Source: Nitrospirota bacterium
GTDB taxonomy: Bacteria; Nitrospirota; UBA9217
DNA length: 64,000 nucleotides
Reading direction: 5' to 3'
Assembly (NCBI GenBank): GCA_963663225.1
Contig: OY760142.1
Coordinates: 1,184,001-1,248,000 of the forward strand
Shown here in pieces: positions 33,201 to 44,100 of the stretch. The translations under genes and the position numbers were made by a program. Below the pieces are notes generated by a model. That model saw only the letters and a list, made by a program, of their open reading frames with translations. It did no database searches and had not been told where the DNA came from. Numbering within the stretch: the first letter of the stretch is position 1; each line of letters starts with the position of its first letter.

Positions 33201-34319
33201 CTACACTCTCATGGGCATGACAACACACTTGTAATGCTCATCGCCTTCTTCCATGATAAGGCAAGGGCTGAGCGCATCATTGAATTCGAGAGAAATCGTC
33301 TCCCGGTCGATGGCGGAAAGAGCATCGATCAAGTAGCGGGAATTAAAACCGATAATGATTCCTTCGTTTTTATAGTCTACCGCAAGCTCTTCGTTTGCTT
33401 CGCCCACTTCCGGATTGTTTGTGGAAAGGGCCAGCAGCCCTTTTTCGAGCTGCAATTTTACCGCATTGGTTTTCTCTTTTGACAAGATGGACACTCGTTT
33501 TACCGCATGAGCCAATTCTTCTTTCGGCACCGTAACTTTTTTTGTGCTCTTGACAGGCACGACCTGAAGATAATTAGGATAGTTTCCATCAATAAGTTTC
33601 GACACCATCACCAGGCCGTCTCGCTTGAACAACGCATGGTTTTTACTGAATCCGATCCGAAGCTCCGTATTTGGTGAATCTTCTTCAAGAAGCCTTCGAA
33701 GTTCCATCATGGTTTTTTTAGGAACAATAATGCTTTCTTCTTTATGCTTCGCATCGATTACCCGATCAACCATGGATAACCGGTGGCCATCCGTCCCGAC
33801 CATGCGGATGCTGAGGCCGGCCTTCGTTTGGGTCATATGCACGAAAAGGCCGTTCAATACGTACCGGGCATCGTTTTCACCCACCGCGTAAAGTGTTTTT
33901 TTGATCATGTCCCGCAGCGTATCGCCTTCGATGGCAATCATTCCTTCTTCCTCAACATCCGGAAGTGCGGGATAATCATCTTTTGGAAGCCCTACCAGTT
34001 TAAACTGAGAATGGCCGGATGCAATCTTTACCCAATTAGCATTACCTTCAACGTTTATTTGGATATCTTCCGCAGGAAGTTCTCGTACAATTTCGTACAT
34101 TTTTTTTGCGGAAACGGCCACCGCGCCCGCTTTTTCAACGTCCGCTGTATACCGGCCACGCAGCCCGATTTCCAGGTCGGTGGCGACAATCTCCACCCCG
34201 TTTTCATCTGCTGTGAGAAGCATATTCGAAAGAATCGGCATCGTATTTTTCTTTTCCACGATACCCTGAATTCTCTGCAATCCCTTCAGAATTTCTTCTT
34301 TCTTGATTTTTACTTTCAT
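33201..34319 (-). CDS. dnaN: DNA polymerase III beta clamp
   Basis: ATDLE, TDGHRL, VMPMRV. Confidence 0.97.
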   Translation of the reverse strand: MKVKIKKEEILKGLQRIQGIVEKKNTMPILSNMLLTADENGVEIVATDLEIGLRGRYTADVEKAGAVAVSAKKMYEIVRELPAEDIQINVEGNANWVKIASGHSQFKLVGLPKDDYPALPDVEEEGMIAIEGDTLRDMIKKTLYAVGENDARYVLNGLFVHMTQTKAGLSIRMVGTDGHRLSMVDRVIDAKHKEESIIVPKKTMMELRRLLEEDSPNTELRIGFSKNHALFKRDGLVMVSKLIDGNYPNYLQVVPVKSTKKVTVPKEELAHAVKRVSILSKEKTNAVKLQLEKGLLALSTNNPEVGEANEELAVDYKNEGIIIGFNSRYLIDALSAIDRETISLEFNDALSPCLIMEEGDEHYKCVVMPMRV

Positions 34320-34405
34320 CAGGAAACCTCCTGTCACAGCGTATTGATCGTATCAGAGTTTAGATGAAATTGCAATACATTTTTTTGGATTATTTTTTTA
34401 TTTTT

Positions 34406-35734
34406 TCAAAGCTTTAGCTGTTTAATCAACAGTTCTATTTTTGCCTTCAGTTCCGGATCTTTTTCCTTTTTTTCCTCAATTACCTTGCACGCGTGAATAA
34501 CCGTGCTATGATCCTTGCCGCCAAAAAAGGCGCCCGTCTCCGGCAGCGATGCTCCGGTGATGCTGCGGCAAAGATACATCGCCACTTGGCGCGGCAGAAC
34601 AATCGCCTTTGTTCGTCTCTTTGATTTTAAGTCCGCTGTTTTTATCCCAAAGGCTTCCGCTACGACTTTCTGGACAATCTCTTTCGTGATAACCCGATCT
34701 CTGTTGTCGATGAGATATTTCAGTTCGTTTTTCGCAAGTTCCTGCGTTATTTCAGTATTTGTCAGGGAGGAAACCGCGCCAAGCTTGACGAGTCCGCCTT
34801 CAAGTTCGCGGATGTTGCTTTTCATGATGGAGGCAAGAAATTCCGCGACATCATCCGGAAGTCGAATGCCCCAGAAGTCAGCCTTTTTCTTAAGAATTGC
34901 AATGCGTGTCTCCAGATCCGGGGTCTGTATGTCAGAAATCAAGCCGGATTCAAACCGTGAACGGAGACGTTCTTCAATATCCGGAATTTCTTTGGGCTGG
35001 CGGTCGCTCGTCAGCACGATCTGCTTTTGCGCCTCGTAAAGCGCATTGAACGTATGAAAAAATTCTTCCTGGGTGCGTTCTTTGCCGGCAATAAACTGAA
35101 TATCGTCAATGAGGAGTATGTCCATATTCCGGTACTTCTGCCGAAACTCCTCCATTCGCTGATGACTCATGCGATTTATAAGCTCATTTGTGAATTGTTC
35201 TGAAGAAAGATAAGCTACTTTTGCGCGCGGTGACCGGCTCTGCACATGATGGCCGATGGCGCTGACCAAGTGTGTTTTGCCTAATCCCACTCCGCTGTAG
35301 ATAAACAGCGGATTATATGCTCTGCCCGGGGCATCTGCCACGGCTTTTGCTGCCGCATGTGCAAACTGATTGCTGGGACCGACAACGAAAGTACTGAAGG
35401 TATATTTCTTCTCAAAAAGGCCAATTTTTTCTTCCCGCGTGTTTTTTTGTTCTTCTTTCCCCGGACGTTCCGTTTTTTTAGCCTGTTGCGGCTGGACAAA
35501 AAAATCTATTTCGATGTTGTTGTGCTTTGTAACTTCCTGAATAACGTCTGTAAACGTTTCCCAATGGTGCTCTTTTATCCAGTCACGATGAAACTTGCTG
35601 GGCACCTCAATCTGAAGTTTGTTTCCTGTCATTGAGAGAAGCTTAGACTGGCTGAACCACGTATCGTAAACCTGCTTGGATATTCGGTTTTCTATCAGTA
35701 AAAGAATTTCTTCCCAAACCCGTTCGCGTTCCAT
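34406..35734 (-). CDS. dnaA: Chromosomal replication initiator DnaA
   Basis: YNPLFIY.GVGLGKTHL, IDDIQF, GGKDHSTV. Confidence 0.98.
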   Translation of the reverse strand: MERERVWEEILLLIENRISKQVYDTWFSQSKLLSMTGNKLQIEVPSKFHRDWIKEHHWETFTDVIQEVTKHNNIEIDFFVQPQQAKKTERPGKEEQKNTREEKIGLFEKKYTFSTFVVGPSNQFAHAAAKAVADAPGRAYNPLFIYSGVGLGKTHLVSAIGHHVQSRSPRAKVAYLSSEQFTNELINRMSHQRMEEFRQKYRNMDILLIDDIQFIAGKERTQEEFFHTFNALYEAQKQIVLTSDRQPKEIPDIEERLRSRFESGLISDIQTPDLETRIAILKKKADFWGIRLPDDVAEFLASIMKSNIRELEGGLVKLGAVSSLTNTEITQELAKNELKYLIDNRDRVITKEIVQKVVAEAFGIKTADLKSKRRTKAIVLPRQVAMYLCRSITGASLPETGAFFGGKDHSTVIHACKVIEEKKEKDPELKAKIELLIKQLKL

Positions 35735-35770
35735 AAAAGTCCTTTAAAAACACCTCAGTTACAAACATGC

Positions 35771-35779
35771 TTATCCACA
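35771..35779 (+). promoter_or_regulatory. Perfect DnaA box upstream of dnaA
   Basis: TTATCCACA. Confidence 0.85.
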
Positions 35780-36109
35780 GGTGTTAATAAACAATAAATT
35801 CTTTAATTTTCTGTAGGTTATTGGCTCGTTCGGAGGCTTCTTGTCCGATTTTAGGTACCACATTTTTGCAGGATTTTGCGTGTTCTTGGTAAACAATACA
35901 TAGCATGTATTTTGCATATTATTACTACGCAGGTACCAACATGACTTTTGACTATACCAGAACGTTATATTTCTGGCAAGCTTTTTTATCTGTGTTATTT
36001 TGAGCCTGATTAATTGCACTTTTTGCTCTCAATTTTGAGGAAAACAATTTTTACTTCTTTCTCTGGACATTATTTTTTTTTTATGATAAAAATAGCCTCG
36101 GTGTTAATT

Positions 36110-36430
36110 ATGCAGATACCTGATAACCTTAAATATGACGATAAGGGCTTAATTCCTGCCGTAATACAAGACTGGAAAACAGGAGATGTCCTTATGGTTG
36201 CATATATGAACGACGCTTCTTTGCGCAAAACCGTGGAGTCAAAACTGACGTGGTTCTGGAGCCGGTCCCGTCAAAAATTCTGGCAGAAGGGCGAAACATC
36301 CGGCAACATTCAGCGTGTAAAAGAAATTTTTTATGATTGTGATCTTGATACGCTTCTCATTAAAGTTGAACAAACTGGTCCTGCTTGCCATACCGGCCAA
36401 AGAAGCTGTTTTTATAGACGTTTCTCTTGA
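36110..36430 (+). CDS. hisI: Phosphoribosyl-AMP cyclohydrolase
   Basis: [28 protein letters not shown]. Confidence 0.96.
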   Translation: MQIPDNLKYDDKGLIPAVIQDWKTGDVLMVAYMNDASLRKTVESKLTWFWSRSRQKFWQKGETSGNIQRVKEIFYDCDLDTLLIKVEQTGPACHTGQRSCFYRRFS

Positions 36431-36453
36431 TTTTTCTGGAGAAAAGTACAAAC

Positions 36454-36801
36454 ATGGATTCATCCTGCATCTTCTGTAATATTGTCGAAAAAAAAATTCC
36501 TGCCAAAATCGTTTATGAAGATGATTTTTCCTTAGCTTTTGAAGACGTTCATCCCCAAGCACCAACCCATATCCTTATTGTTCCCAAAAAACATATTATC
36601 GACATTCACAGTATGGTTGTTTCTGACCGGGAACTTATCGGCCACCTTTTTTTCGTCGCAAAATCTATTGCTGCGCAACAAGGACTCGATGAAGACGGGT
36701 ATCGTCTTGTCATTAATAACGGCAAAAATGCCGGTCAGTCTGTTTTTCATATCCACCTCCATCTTCTGTCTGGCCGCTGGTTTTCCTGGCCTCCCGGATA
36801 A
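36454..36801 (+). CDS. hinT: Histidine triad nucleotide-binding protein
   Basis: CIFC, PQAPTH, HIHLH, WPPG. Confidence 0.95.
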   Translation: MDSSCIFCNIVEKKIPAKIVYEDDFSLAFEDVHPQAPTHILIVPKKHIIDIHSMVVSDRELIGHLFFVAKSIAAQQGLDEDGYRLVINNGKNAGQSVFHIHLHLLSGRWFSWPPG

Positions 36802-36804
36802 TAA

Positions 36805-37010
36805 CATTCCGCTGTGGACTTTTCTGTAATAACCTGTTCGTAAATAGCACAAGGTCTTTATCAACAGTGTTATATACTCCTATACACAAACTGTTGTTCC
36901 TGTTTCTTGTTTTTCTTTTTTCCATCTTTTCAATTATTTTTTTTCGCTGTCAACATATTCACAGGACCTATTACTACTGCTACTATTTTATTTATTTATA
37001 ACAATAGTAT
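36805..37010 (+). other. oriC: Replication origin oriC (DnaA boxes, DnaA-trios, AT-rich unwinding region)
   Basis: TTATCAACA 36858, CTATACACA 36880, tandem CTGTCAACA/ATATTCACA 36947-36963, GGACC, TATTACTACTGCTACTAT trios, AT tract. Confidence 0.8.
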
Positions 37011-37144
37011 TTCTTTCTGACAGCACATTGTTTCTATCCATCGCTCTCTTTCCTCACGAGTAAAAATGATCGTTATTTTACTTGACAATAAAAAGTTTTT
37101 GCTTATAATAACTCTCTATTTTATTATTTTAAGGAGTAGAAGCA

Positions 37145-37282
37145 ATGTCAGAAACCACAGCGCAAAAAAGCAATCTCAAGCAAAAAAGAGCTCAGGGATT
37201 CAGAAAAAGAATGAGCACGGCAGGTGGTAGAAAAGCGATCAATCGCCGGAGAGCAAAGGGCAGAAAACGTCTCGCCGTATAA
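37145..37282 (+). CDS. rpmH: 50S ribosomal protein L34
   Basis: Not in ORF track; [45 protein letters not shown]; AAGGAG RBS. Confidence 0.95.
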   Translation: MSETTAQKSNLKQKRAQGFRKRMSTAGGRKAINRRRAKGRKRLAV

Positions 37283-37304
37283 GTTTTTCAGTAGGATAGC
37301 GTGC

Positions 37305-37643
37305 ATGCCGTATGCATACCGGAAAAGCGAGCGTTTAAGAAAAAATGCTGATTTTTCTTTTGTTATGAAAGGTAAAAGACTGTCTGTTGACGGTCTTTCT
37401 CTTTTTTGTGTCAAAAATACAGTTGGTAATTTTAGAATCGGTATTTCCGTCAGCAAAAAGCTGGCAAACGCAGTAAAACGAAATCGGTTGAAACGACAGA
37501 TCAGGGCGTGTATAACGCAGGCGCTTCACGGCCATACAAAGGGCTATGATGTTGTGTTTATTGCACGTTCTGATTTACTGACGGCTTCATACAAGCAGAT
37601 ATTACAAACGGTTGAACAAGTAGTACACAAAACAGTTCTTTGA
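37305..37643 (+). CDS. rnpA: Ribonuclease P protein component
   Basis: ERLRKNADF, GISVSKK, AVKRNRLKR. Confidence 0.95.
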   Translation: MPYAYRKSERLRKNADFSFVMKGKRLSVDGLSLFCVKNTVGNFRIGISVSKKLANAVKRNRLKRQIRACITQALHGHTKGYDVVFIARSDLLTASYKQILQTVEQVVHKTVL

Positions 37644-37885
37644 TGAAAAAATTACTCGTGTTTACTTATGCATCCGTGAGAAAAATCATACTTTTCATTT
37701 TGAGGTCTTACAAGCGTTTTCTATCACCTTTTTTGCCGCCCGCATGCAGGTTCATTCCTACCTGTTCTGAGTATGCGATTGAGGCGTTCGAAAAAAAAGG
37801 CTTACTAACAGCTGTATGGCTGACGTTAGTACGCCTTGCTAAGTGCCATCCCTTTCATCCAGGCGGATACGATCCTGTACGTTAA
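37643..37885 (+). CDS. yidD: Membrane protein insertion efficiency factor
   Basis: CRFIPTCSEY, CHPFHPGGYDP. Confidence 0.95.
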   Translation: MKKLLVFTYASVRKIILFILRSYKRFLSPFLPPACRFIPTCSEYAIEAFEKKGLLTAVWLTLVRLAKCHPFHPGGYDPVR

Positions 37886-37899
37886 TTTCCGGAGGATTC

Positions 37900-39597
37900 A
37901 TGGAACCCAAAATAGAAACAAAAAATCTATTTTTAGCGATAGCTCTTTCAGTAGTTGTTTTTGTGGTTTATTTGGTTTTTTTTGTTAAACCGCAGCAACC
38001 GACGGCACCCCAAGTTTCAGAAACGCCAAAACAGGAAAAGGTCCAAGTAAAACAAGAGCCGCCCAAAAAAGTGGAAAGTCCATCACCTGCGCCGGCAAGC
38101 ATTAAAACGGCTAAAGGGAAAGAAATCATCGTAGAGACGGATTTATTGAAAGCAATTATTAATACTGCAGGTGGTGTTATTACATCCTGGGAGTTGAAAG
38201 ACTATCGAGAGGCGGATAAGTCAGATGTGGGTTTAACTGCCATCTACAGGCAGGTAATGGGGCAGGCACGAAAAGAGATAAAAACAAAAAAAGAATTGGG
38301 GAATGTACTGCTTACTCCGGACAGAACACTGATTGATACTAAGGATATGGTGTACCCTTTGACAGTTCTTCCGCTTGATAAAACGCGTTTTTCGACTTCG
38401 CAATTTGTTTATCGCGCTAATGTGGAAAATACTGTCAGGCTCTCGAAAGAAAAACCGACAGAAACTATTGTTCTGATTTATCAAGGTCCTGCGGGCATCA
38501 TAATTGAGAAAAGCCTGACCTTTTACAATGCTGATTATAAGGTTGACGTCGGTATCAAAACCGCAGGAATAGATGGCTATACTCTCAGTCTAGGGACGGA
38601 TTTCGGATTAGCGGACAAGGTAAGTTCTGAGGCAAGTGATCGCGTTGGAATATCTGCGCAGACTGACGGAAAACTCGTTTCTGAGAAGATAGAAAAGATA
38701 AAGGGAGAGCAGCAGTATACAGGGATCATCGACTGGTTCGGACACGAGGATAAGTATTTTACGGCGACAATTCTGTATGGGAAGAAAGGCAACATAACCA
38801 GCAAAAAAACGACTGCTCCGCCGGAGATTGGTGACCTGATCACAACAGATCTCACTATTAAAGATAAGCCGGACGTACAAACGTTTACTCTTTTTGCCGG
38901 ACCAAAAAGTTTTTCCTTGCTTGCGGCACAGGGCCACGGTTTAGAGCAACTGGTAGACTATGGTTGGTTCAGCATTCTTGCGAAACCGATGTTCTGGCTT
39001 ATGCAGCGGTTTTATGATTTTACAAAAAACTACGGCATCGCCATTATTCTGCTCACCATTGTAGTAAGAGTTTTGCTGTTTTACCCCTCTCTCAAAAGTT
39101 CTCTTTCCATGGAAGAGATGAAGAAAATTCAGCCGCTCATGGCTGCGGTCAAGGAGCAATATAAAAAGGACCCAAAGCGCATGAACCAGGAGATGATGAA
39201 GTTATACAAAGACCACAAGGTCAATCCTCTCAGCGGTTGTCTGCCGATGCTATTGCAGTTTCCTTTCTTTATTGCACTCTATAATGTTCTTGCGGTGTCT
39301 ATAGAGCTGCGGCAAGCGCCGTTTATTGCTTTCTGGATCAAGGATCTTTCAGCGTACGATCCATACTATATTCTTCCCCTGCTTATGGGTTTGAGCATGA
39401 TCGTGATGATGAAAATGACCGCAACCTCGGATCCTCAGCAAACAAAAATCATGATGATTATGAATGTTGCGTTCATTATATTTTTTGCGTGGCTCCCGGC
39501 GGGACTTTTATTGTACATTACCATAAGCAACATACTGTCCATTGTACAGCAGATGTATGTACACCGAATCATAACAAAAAGAGAGGCAGCAGCGTAA
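37900..39597 (+). CDS. yidC: Membrane protein insertase YidC
   Basis: DYGWF, GIAIILLT, GCLPMLLQ, WIKDLS. Confidence 0.96.
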   Translation: MEPKIETKNLFLAIALSVVVFVVYLVFFVKPQQPTAPQVSETPKQEKVQVKQEPPKKVESPSPAPASIKTAKGKEIIVETDLLKAIINTAGGVITSWELKDYREADKSDVGLTAIYRQVMGQARKEIKTKKELGNVLLTPDRTLIDTKDMVYPLTVLPLDKTRFSTSQFVYRANVENTVRLSKEKPTETIVLIYQGPAGIIIEKSLTFYNADYKVDVGIKTAGIDGYTLSLGTDFGLADKVSSEASDRVGISAQTDGKLVSEKIEKIKGEQQYTGIIDWFGHEDKYFTATILYGKKGNITSKKTTAPPEIGDLITTDLTIKDKPDVQTFTLFAGPKSFSLLAAQGHGLEQLVDYGWFSILAKPMFWLMQRFYDFTKNYGIAIILLTIVVRVLLFYPSLKSSLSMEEMKKIQPLMAAVKEQYKKDPKRMNQEMMKLYKDHKVNPLSGCLPMLLQFPFFIALYNVLAVSIELRQAPFIAFWIKDLSAYDPYYILPLLMGLSMIVMMKMTATSDPQQTKIMMIMNVAFIIFFAWLPAGLLLYITISNILSIVQQMYVHRIITKREAAA

Positions 39598-39611
39598 TAA
39601 TTCTACTGCGC

Positions 39612-40019
39612 TTATTCACGCACCAGGGCTTTTATTTCGAACGAAGGCGGGTGCAAAATAGTTTTTTTAACTGTGCACTGGTCAGCCACTTTTATTAAAG
39701 CATGGTGATATTTCGCAGGAAAATCTTTTGGAACATTAATCGTAATAATAATTTTATCGAGCTGCGTCTTGCCGTCTTCCTTTTTTTTGTGTTCAACCCG
39801 TTGCGTGAGCGTTAGGTTTTCCGTCGGAATGTTTCGCTCTTGGCAGAAACTCAGAACGTAGATTCCTGCGCACGTCCCCAGGGAAGCAAGAAAGTGTATA
39901 AAGGGACTAGGAGCTGTTCCTTCTCCTCCGTCTTTTACTGGTTGATCCGTTTTAATAATCATCCCGTTAATCTCTGCATTCACCTTTTTCCCACCGGGAA
40001 AGGTTACGATGATTTCCAT
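39612..40019 (-). CDS. OsmC-family protein
   Basis: TDQP..GGEG.APSP..FLASLGTC...QCTVK. Confidence 0.9.
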   Translation of the reverse strand: MEIIVTFPGGKKVNAEINGMIIKTDQPVKDGGEGTAPSPFIHFLASLGTCAGIYVLSFCQERNIPTENLTLTQRVEHKKKEDGKTQLDKIIITINVPKDFPAKYHHALIKVADQCTVKKTILHPPSFEIKALVRE

Positions 40020-40129
40020 TGAATCCTCCTTCTTCTTTTTTGCTCGAATACGTTTTTTACTTGCTCTTTACGCCGTAGTATTTCTAGTATATAATAATTT
40101 ACCGATCATCGTGCAGGAGTAGCGGCGAA

Positions 40130-40876
40130 ATGTATAAAACAATCCTTTTGTTTTGTTGTCTGTTGATCCTGTCCTCCTGTTCCACAAAAAAATCGAGCAC
40201 AACCGGGCAATCAGACACGCCGGCAGGCACAAAAGCAACGCAAAGACCGTATACCGTATTTGGGCAGCGCTATGAACCGCTTCAAACGCATGAACGGTTT
40301 GTACAAACCGGGATGGCCAGCTGGTATGGAAAGGATTTTCACGGAAAAAAGACCAGTAATGGCGAAAAATATGATATGTATGCACAAACGGCCGCGCATA
40401 AAACGCTTCCTTTGGGAGTATATGTCAGAGTTTACAATATAAATAACCGCCGCGAAACAGTCGTGCGGATAAATGACCGTGGTCCCTTTGTAAAGGGAAG
40501 AATTATTGACTTATCGTATGCAGCGGCAAAGACCCTTGGAGTTGACATCGCGGGGACGGCTTTTGTCAGAATTGAAGCGTTAGGGTATCGGCAGACTGAT
40601 GTTGCAGATACTGCTTCCATCAAACAACCTGTTTATAATCAGGGAACTTTTACCGTTCAGGTTGGTTCATTCAAGGAGCAGGCAAACGCGCAGCGATTAT
40701 CGGGTGAAATGAAAAAACGCTTCGGCTTTTCAGATATCCGCCTTACCGATGTAAAAGGGGAACTTTTTTACCGCGTTTATGCCGGGCGATATACTACACT
40801 GGAATCTGCCGAGCAGGCAGAGGAAAAATTTACAGAGCTGGGATACGCAGGCAGTTTTGTCGTATCGCTTGACTGA
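40130..40876 (+). CDS. rlpA: Septal ring lytic transglycosylase RlpA (DPBB + SPOR)
   Basis: Lipobox, ASWYG, TAAHKTLP, INDRGPF, SPOR VQVGSF. Confidence 0.93.
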   Translation: MYKTILLFCCLLILSSCSTKKSSTTGQSDTPAGTKATQRPYTVFGQRYEPLQTHERFVQTGMASWYGKDFHGKKTSNGEKYDMYAQTAAHKTLPLGVYVRVYNINNRRETVVRINDRGPFVKGRIIDLSYAAAKTLGVDIAGTAFVRIEALGYRQTDVADTASIKQPVYNQGTFTVQVGSFKEQANAQRLSGEMKKRFGFSDIRLTDVKGELFYRVYAGRYTTLESAEQAEEKFTELGYAGSFVVSLD

Positions 40877-40882
40877 TATCGT

Positions 40883-41056
40883 TTAATCGAGCGGCATAGG
40901 ATTGCAGATATTTTTACTTGAGTCTGCAACCCGGCCGCAGTTAAAACAGATAAATTTCGGATTCTTTGTAAGTTTTTTTATTTCCTCAAAAAGACCTTTG
41001 GTTGCCAGAATGCACAAATGGCAGGAATGGTCTCCGCTGCATGTGTTTTTCACCAT
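40883..41056 (-). CDS. Small Cys/His-rich putative metal-binding protein
   Basis: GAGGGAGG RBS; CSGDHSCHLC...CFNCGR...C. Confidence 0.7.
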   Translation of the reverse strand: MVKNTCSGDHSCHLCILATKGLFEEIKKLTKNPKFICFNCGRVADSSKNICNPMPLD

Positions 41057-41136
41057 GTCGCCCTCCCTCGTATCAGCATGCACACCACAGTATTTAAATT
41101 ATAGCGGACTTCTCGGGTCTGTTGCCGCGGATGTGA

Positions 41137-44100
41137 TCACGTGGTTTTTTTTTCACACCATTCCCGTGCGTTCTGGAACATTCTAAGCCAGGGAGAAGCG
41201 CTCAGCGTTTTTTTGAGTTTTTCCGGCATCCAACCCCACTGCCAGGTGAGTACTGCGCGTTCAGGATGCGGCATCATGGCTAAATGGCGTCCGTCCGGCG
41301 AGCAGAGGCCGGCAATGCCGGCAGGCGAACCGTTCGGATTAAAAGGATATGCTTCGGTGATCTGCGACAGGTCATCAACATAACGAATTGGAGCAAGACC
41401 GAACTCACTTTCGTTGAAAATGCCTTTGTCCGGGAAATAGGCTCTGCCTTCACCGTGGGCCACCCAGATTCCGAGAACAGAGTTCTCCATGCCCTGGAGC
41501 ATGATGGCAGGGCTTCGGAGGATTTTTACCGTCGAAAATCGAGATTCAAACCTGCCTGAAACATTGTGGATGAAACGCGGCTGTAGATCGTCTGCAATTC
41601 CACGCCAGGGTACCCATCCAATGAGAGCCATAAGCTGGCATCCATTGCAGACGCCGAGGCTGAAGGTGTCCGGGCGTTGGTAAAAAGCCTCGAATTGCTG
41701 CCAAACGTTTTTGTTGAAACGGATGCTGGCGGCCCATCCCTTTGCCGAGTCGAACACGTCCGCATAGCTGAAGCCGCCTACGAAGACAACGCCCCTGAAC
41801 TGTTCCAGGGAAATCCGTTCCGAAAGCAGGTCGGTCATGGTGACATCGTACGGATCAAACCCGGCCAGGGAGAAGGAGGAGATCATTTCGCGATCGCCGT
41901 TGCTCCCTTCTTCGCGCAGGACGGCAACCTTATATTTTGAATTGTCCCGAAGGATGCAGGCGTTCGTCGGAGACGGTTCAAAGGGAATGGTATAAGACGG
42001 ACCTTTGCGGTCGTAAATATTGTTCTGTTCGTCGAGAATATTTTTTGGGTTGCGTTGCAGCCGGTCGAGCCGATGGCTTGTTTCTTCCCAGATATTCCTC
42101 AAAACGCACATGTCTTCCGAAAGAACACGGGTATTGTTTATGGAGATGGATATCTTTTTTTCTGTAGTGCTCTTACCGAGAACAGCATATGGCACAGATG
42201 CTTCTTGCAAAACGGCGCAGATCGAAGACTCGTCGGACGGTCGATATTCCACCACGAGGCCCAGTTCTTCGGAAAAAAGCGCGGCTATTGCATCGCCGGT
42301 TTCTGATTCAAGGTTCACGTCGATTCCGCAGTTTCCAGCAAATGCCATTTCAAGCAGCGTTGTTATGAGACCGCCGTCGGATCGGTCGTGGCCGGAAAGA
42401 ATCAACTCCTTAGTGATTAGCGTTTGGATTGCGTTAAACACACGAACCAGCAAATCAGGGTCGTCGAGATCCGGGGTTTGATCGCCGACCTGGCAGAAAA
42501 CGTGCGCGAGGGCGGATCCCCCAAGGTGGTTTCTTCCGTTACCGAGGTCAATGAACAGAAGATTGCTGTTACCCGGTTCTTTGATATCCGGAGTGATCGT
42601 TTTCGTTATATCCGGGCAGGTGACGTAGGCTGAGATGACAAGTGTACCCGGTGACTTCACGGTTTCGCTCGAATTGTCCTTGTTTATAACTTTTGCCGCC
42701 ATGGAGAGGCTGTCTTTGCCGCCGTCAACGGCAATACCGAGTTTTATCATAAGATCTCGCATTGCCACTGCCGCATGATACAGTCTCGCCCCTTCTCCCG
42801 GGAGCTTCGGGGCCCACATCCAATTGGCGGAGCAGCGAATATCTTCGAGCTTGCTCACTTGTGCCCAGACAATATTCGTCAGCGCTTCGCCGACACTCAT
42901 GCGCGCCATTGCGGCAGGGTCAAGGAATTCCTTGATCGGTTGTTCCCCTATGGAGATTGCTGCGCCGGTCAGGCTGAAGTGTGATTGTGCAATAACCGCT
43001 ACGTCGGAGACGGTCAGCTGAAGAGGACCCGCACACTGCTGCCGCGCGATAAGACCGGTTACCGACCTGTCGACTTTGTTTACGAGGAAGCGCTTTGAAC
43101 CCACCGACAGGAGCCGGAGCACGCGGTCCAGCGCCGACCGGACGGTCAGGCCGACCGGCAGGTTGAGGGGCCGGAGGGTGGAGGCTTTTCCATCCAATTT
43201 AAAAACTTTCTGCGGCATATCGCCCAGTACTTTCGAGAGTTCCAGATTTACGGGCGTGGAGCCGTCTGTTTCGTCGAGCAACACAATGTATCCATCGCCG
43301 GTAACCGTTCCGATAAAGGCAACGGGAACTTTCTCCCGGCTGCAGAGCATTTCGAACAACGGCGCATGTTCAGGCCGCAGCAGGAGAGCAACCTGTTCCT
43401 GGTATTCTGCTCCCCATATTTCGAGCACAGAAAGCGTTTCGTCGCCTAAAATGATTTTTTTGACTTCAACTCTGGCGCCCGCAGGGTGGACCAGCTCTTT
43501 TACCACATTGCAGTTGCCACCCGCCCCCTGGTCATGAATGCTGACAATGGGATTTTTGTCTCCGTACTCAACGCACGCCCGGATGATCCGATGGAGCTTC
43601 TGCTCCATTTCCGCATCTCCCCGTTGCACGGCATTGAAGTCGAGCTCTGCTATGTTTTCGCCCTGGATCATGGACGACGCGGCACCCCCGCCCATGCCGA
43701 TGCGGTAGGCGGGACCGCCGACTTTAACAACCAGCATGCCTTTTTCAGGATCGGATTTAGACGTGTGGCGGGCGTCGATCTGGCCGATGCCGGCACTGAA
43801 CATGATGGGTTTGATCCACTCTCTGCGTTCACCGTCGGGCAGCCGAAGCCCGAAGGAGCGCGTGAAACCCTGAATAACCGGCTCACCGAACTTGTTTCCG
43901 TAGTCTGATGCGCCGTTGCTTGCCTCGATTTCGATGGCAAGCGGGGAGGCGAAATTATTCGGATATGAATAATCTGCATCCTCCCAGGGCAGGGAATAGC
44001 CGGGGATGCGAAGATTGCCGACGCAATATGCAGCGGTGCCCGCAACAACAAGGCCACCGGTTCCCGTGCCGAGCACATCACGGATGCGGCCGCCGGTTCC

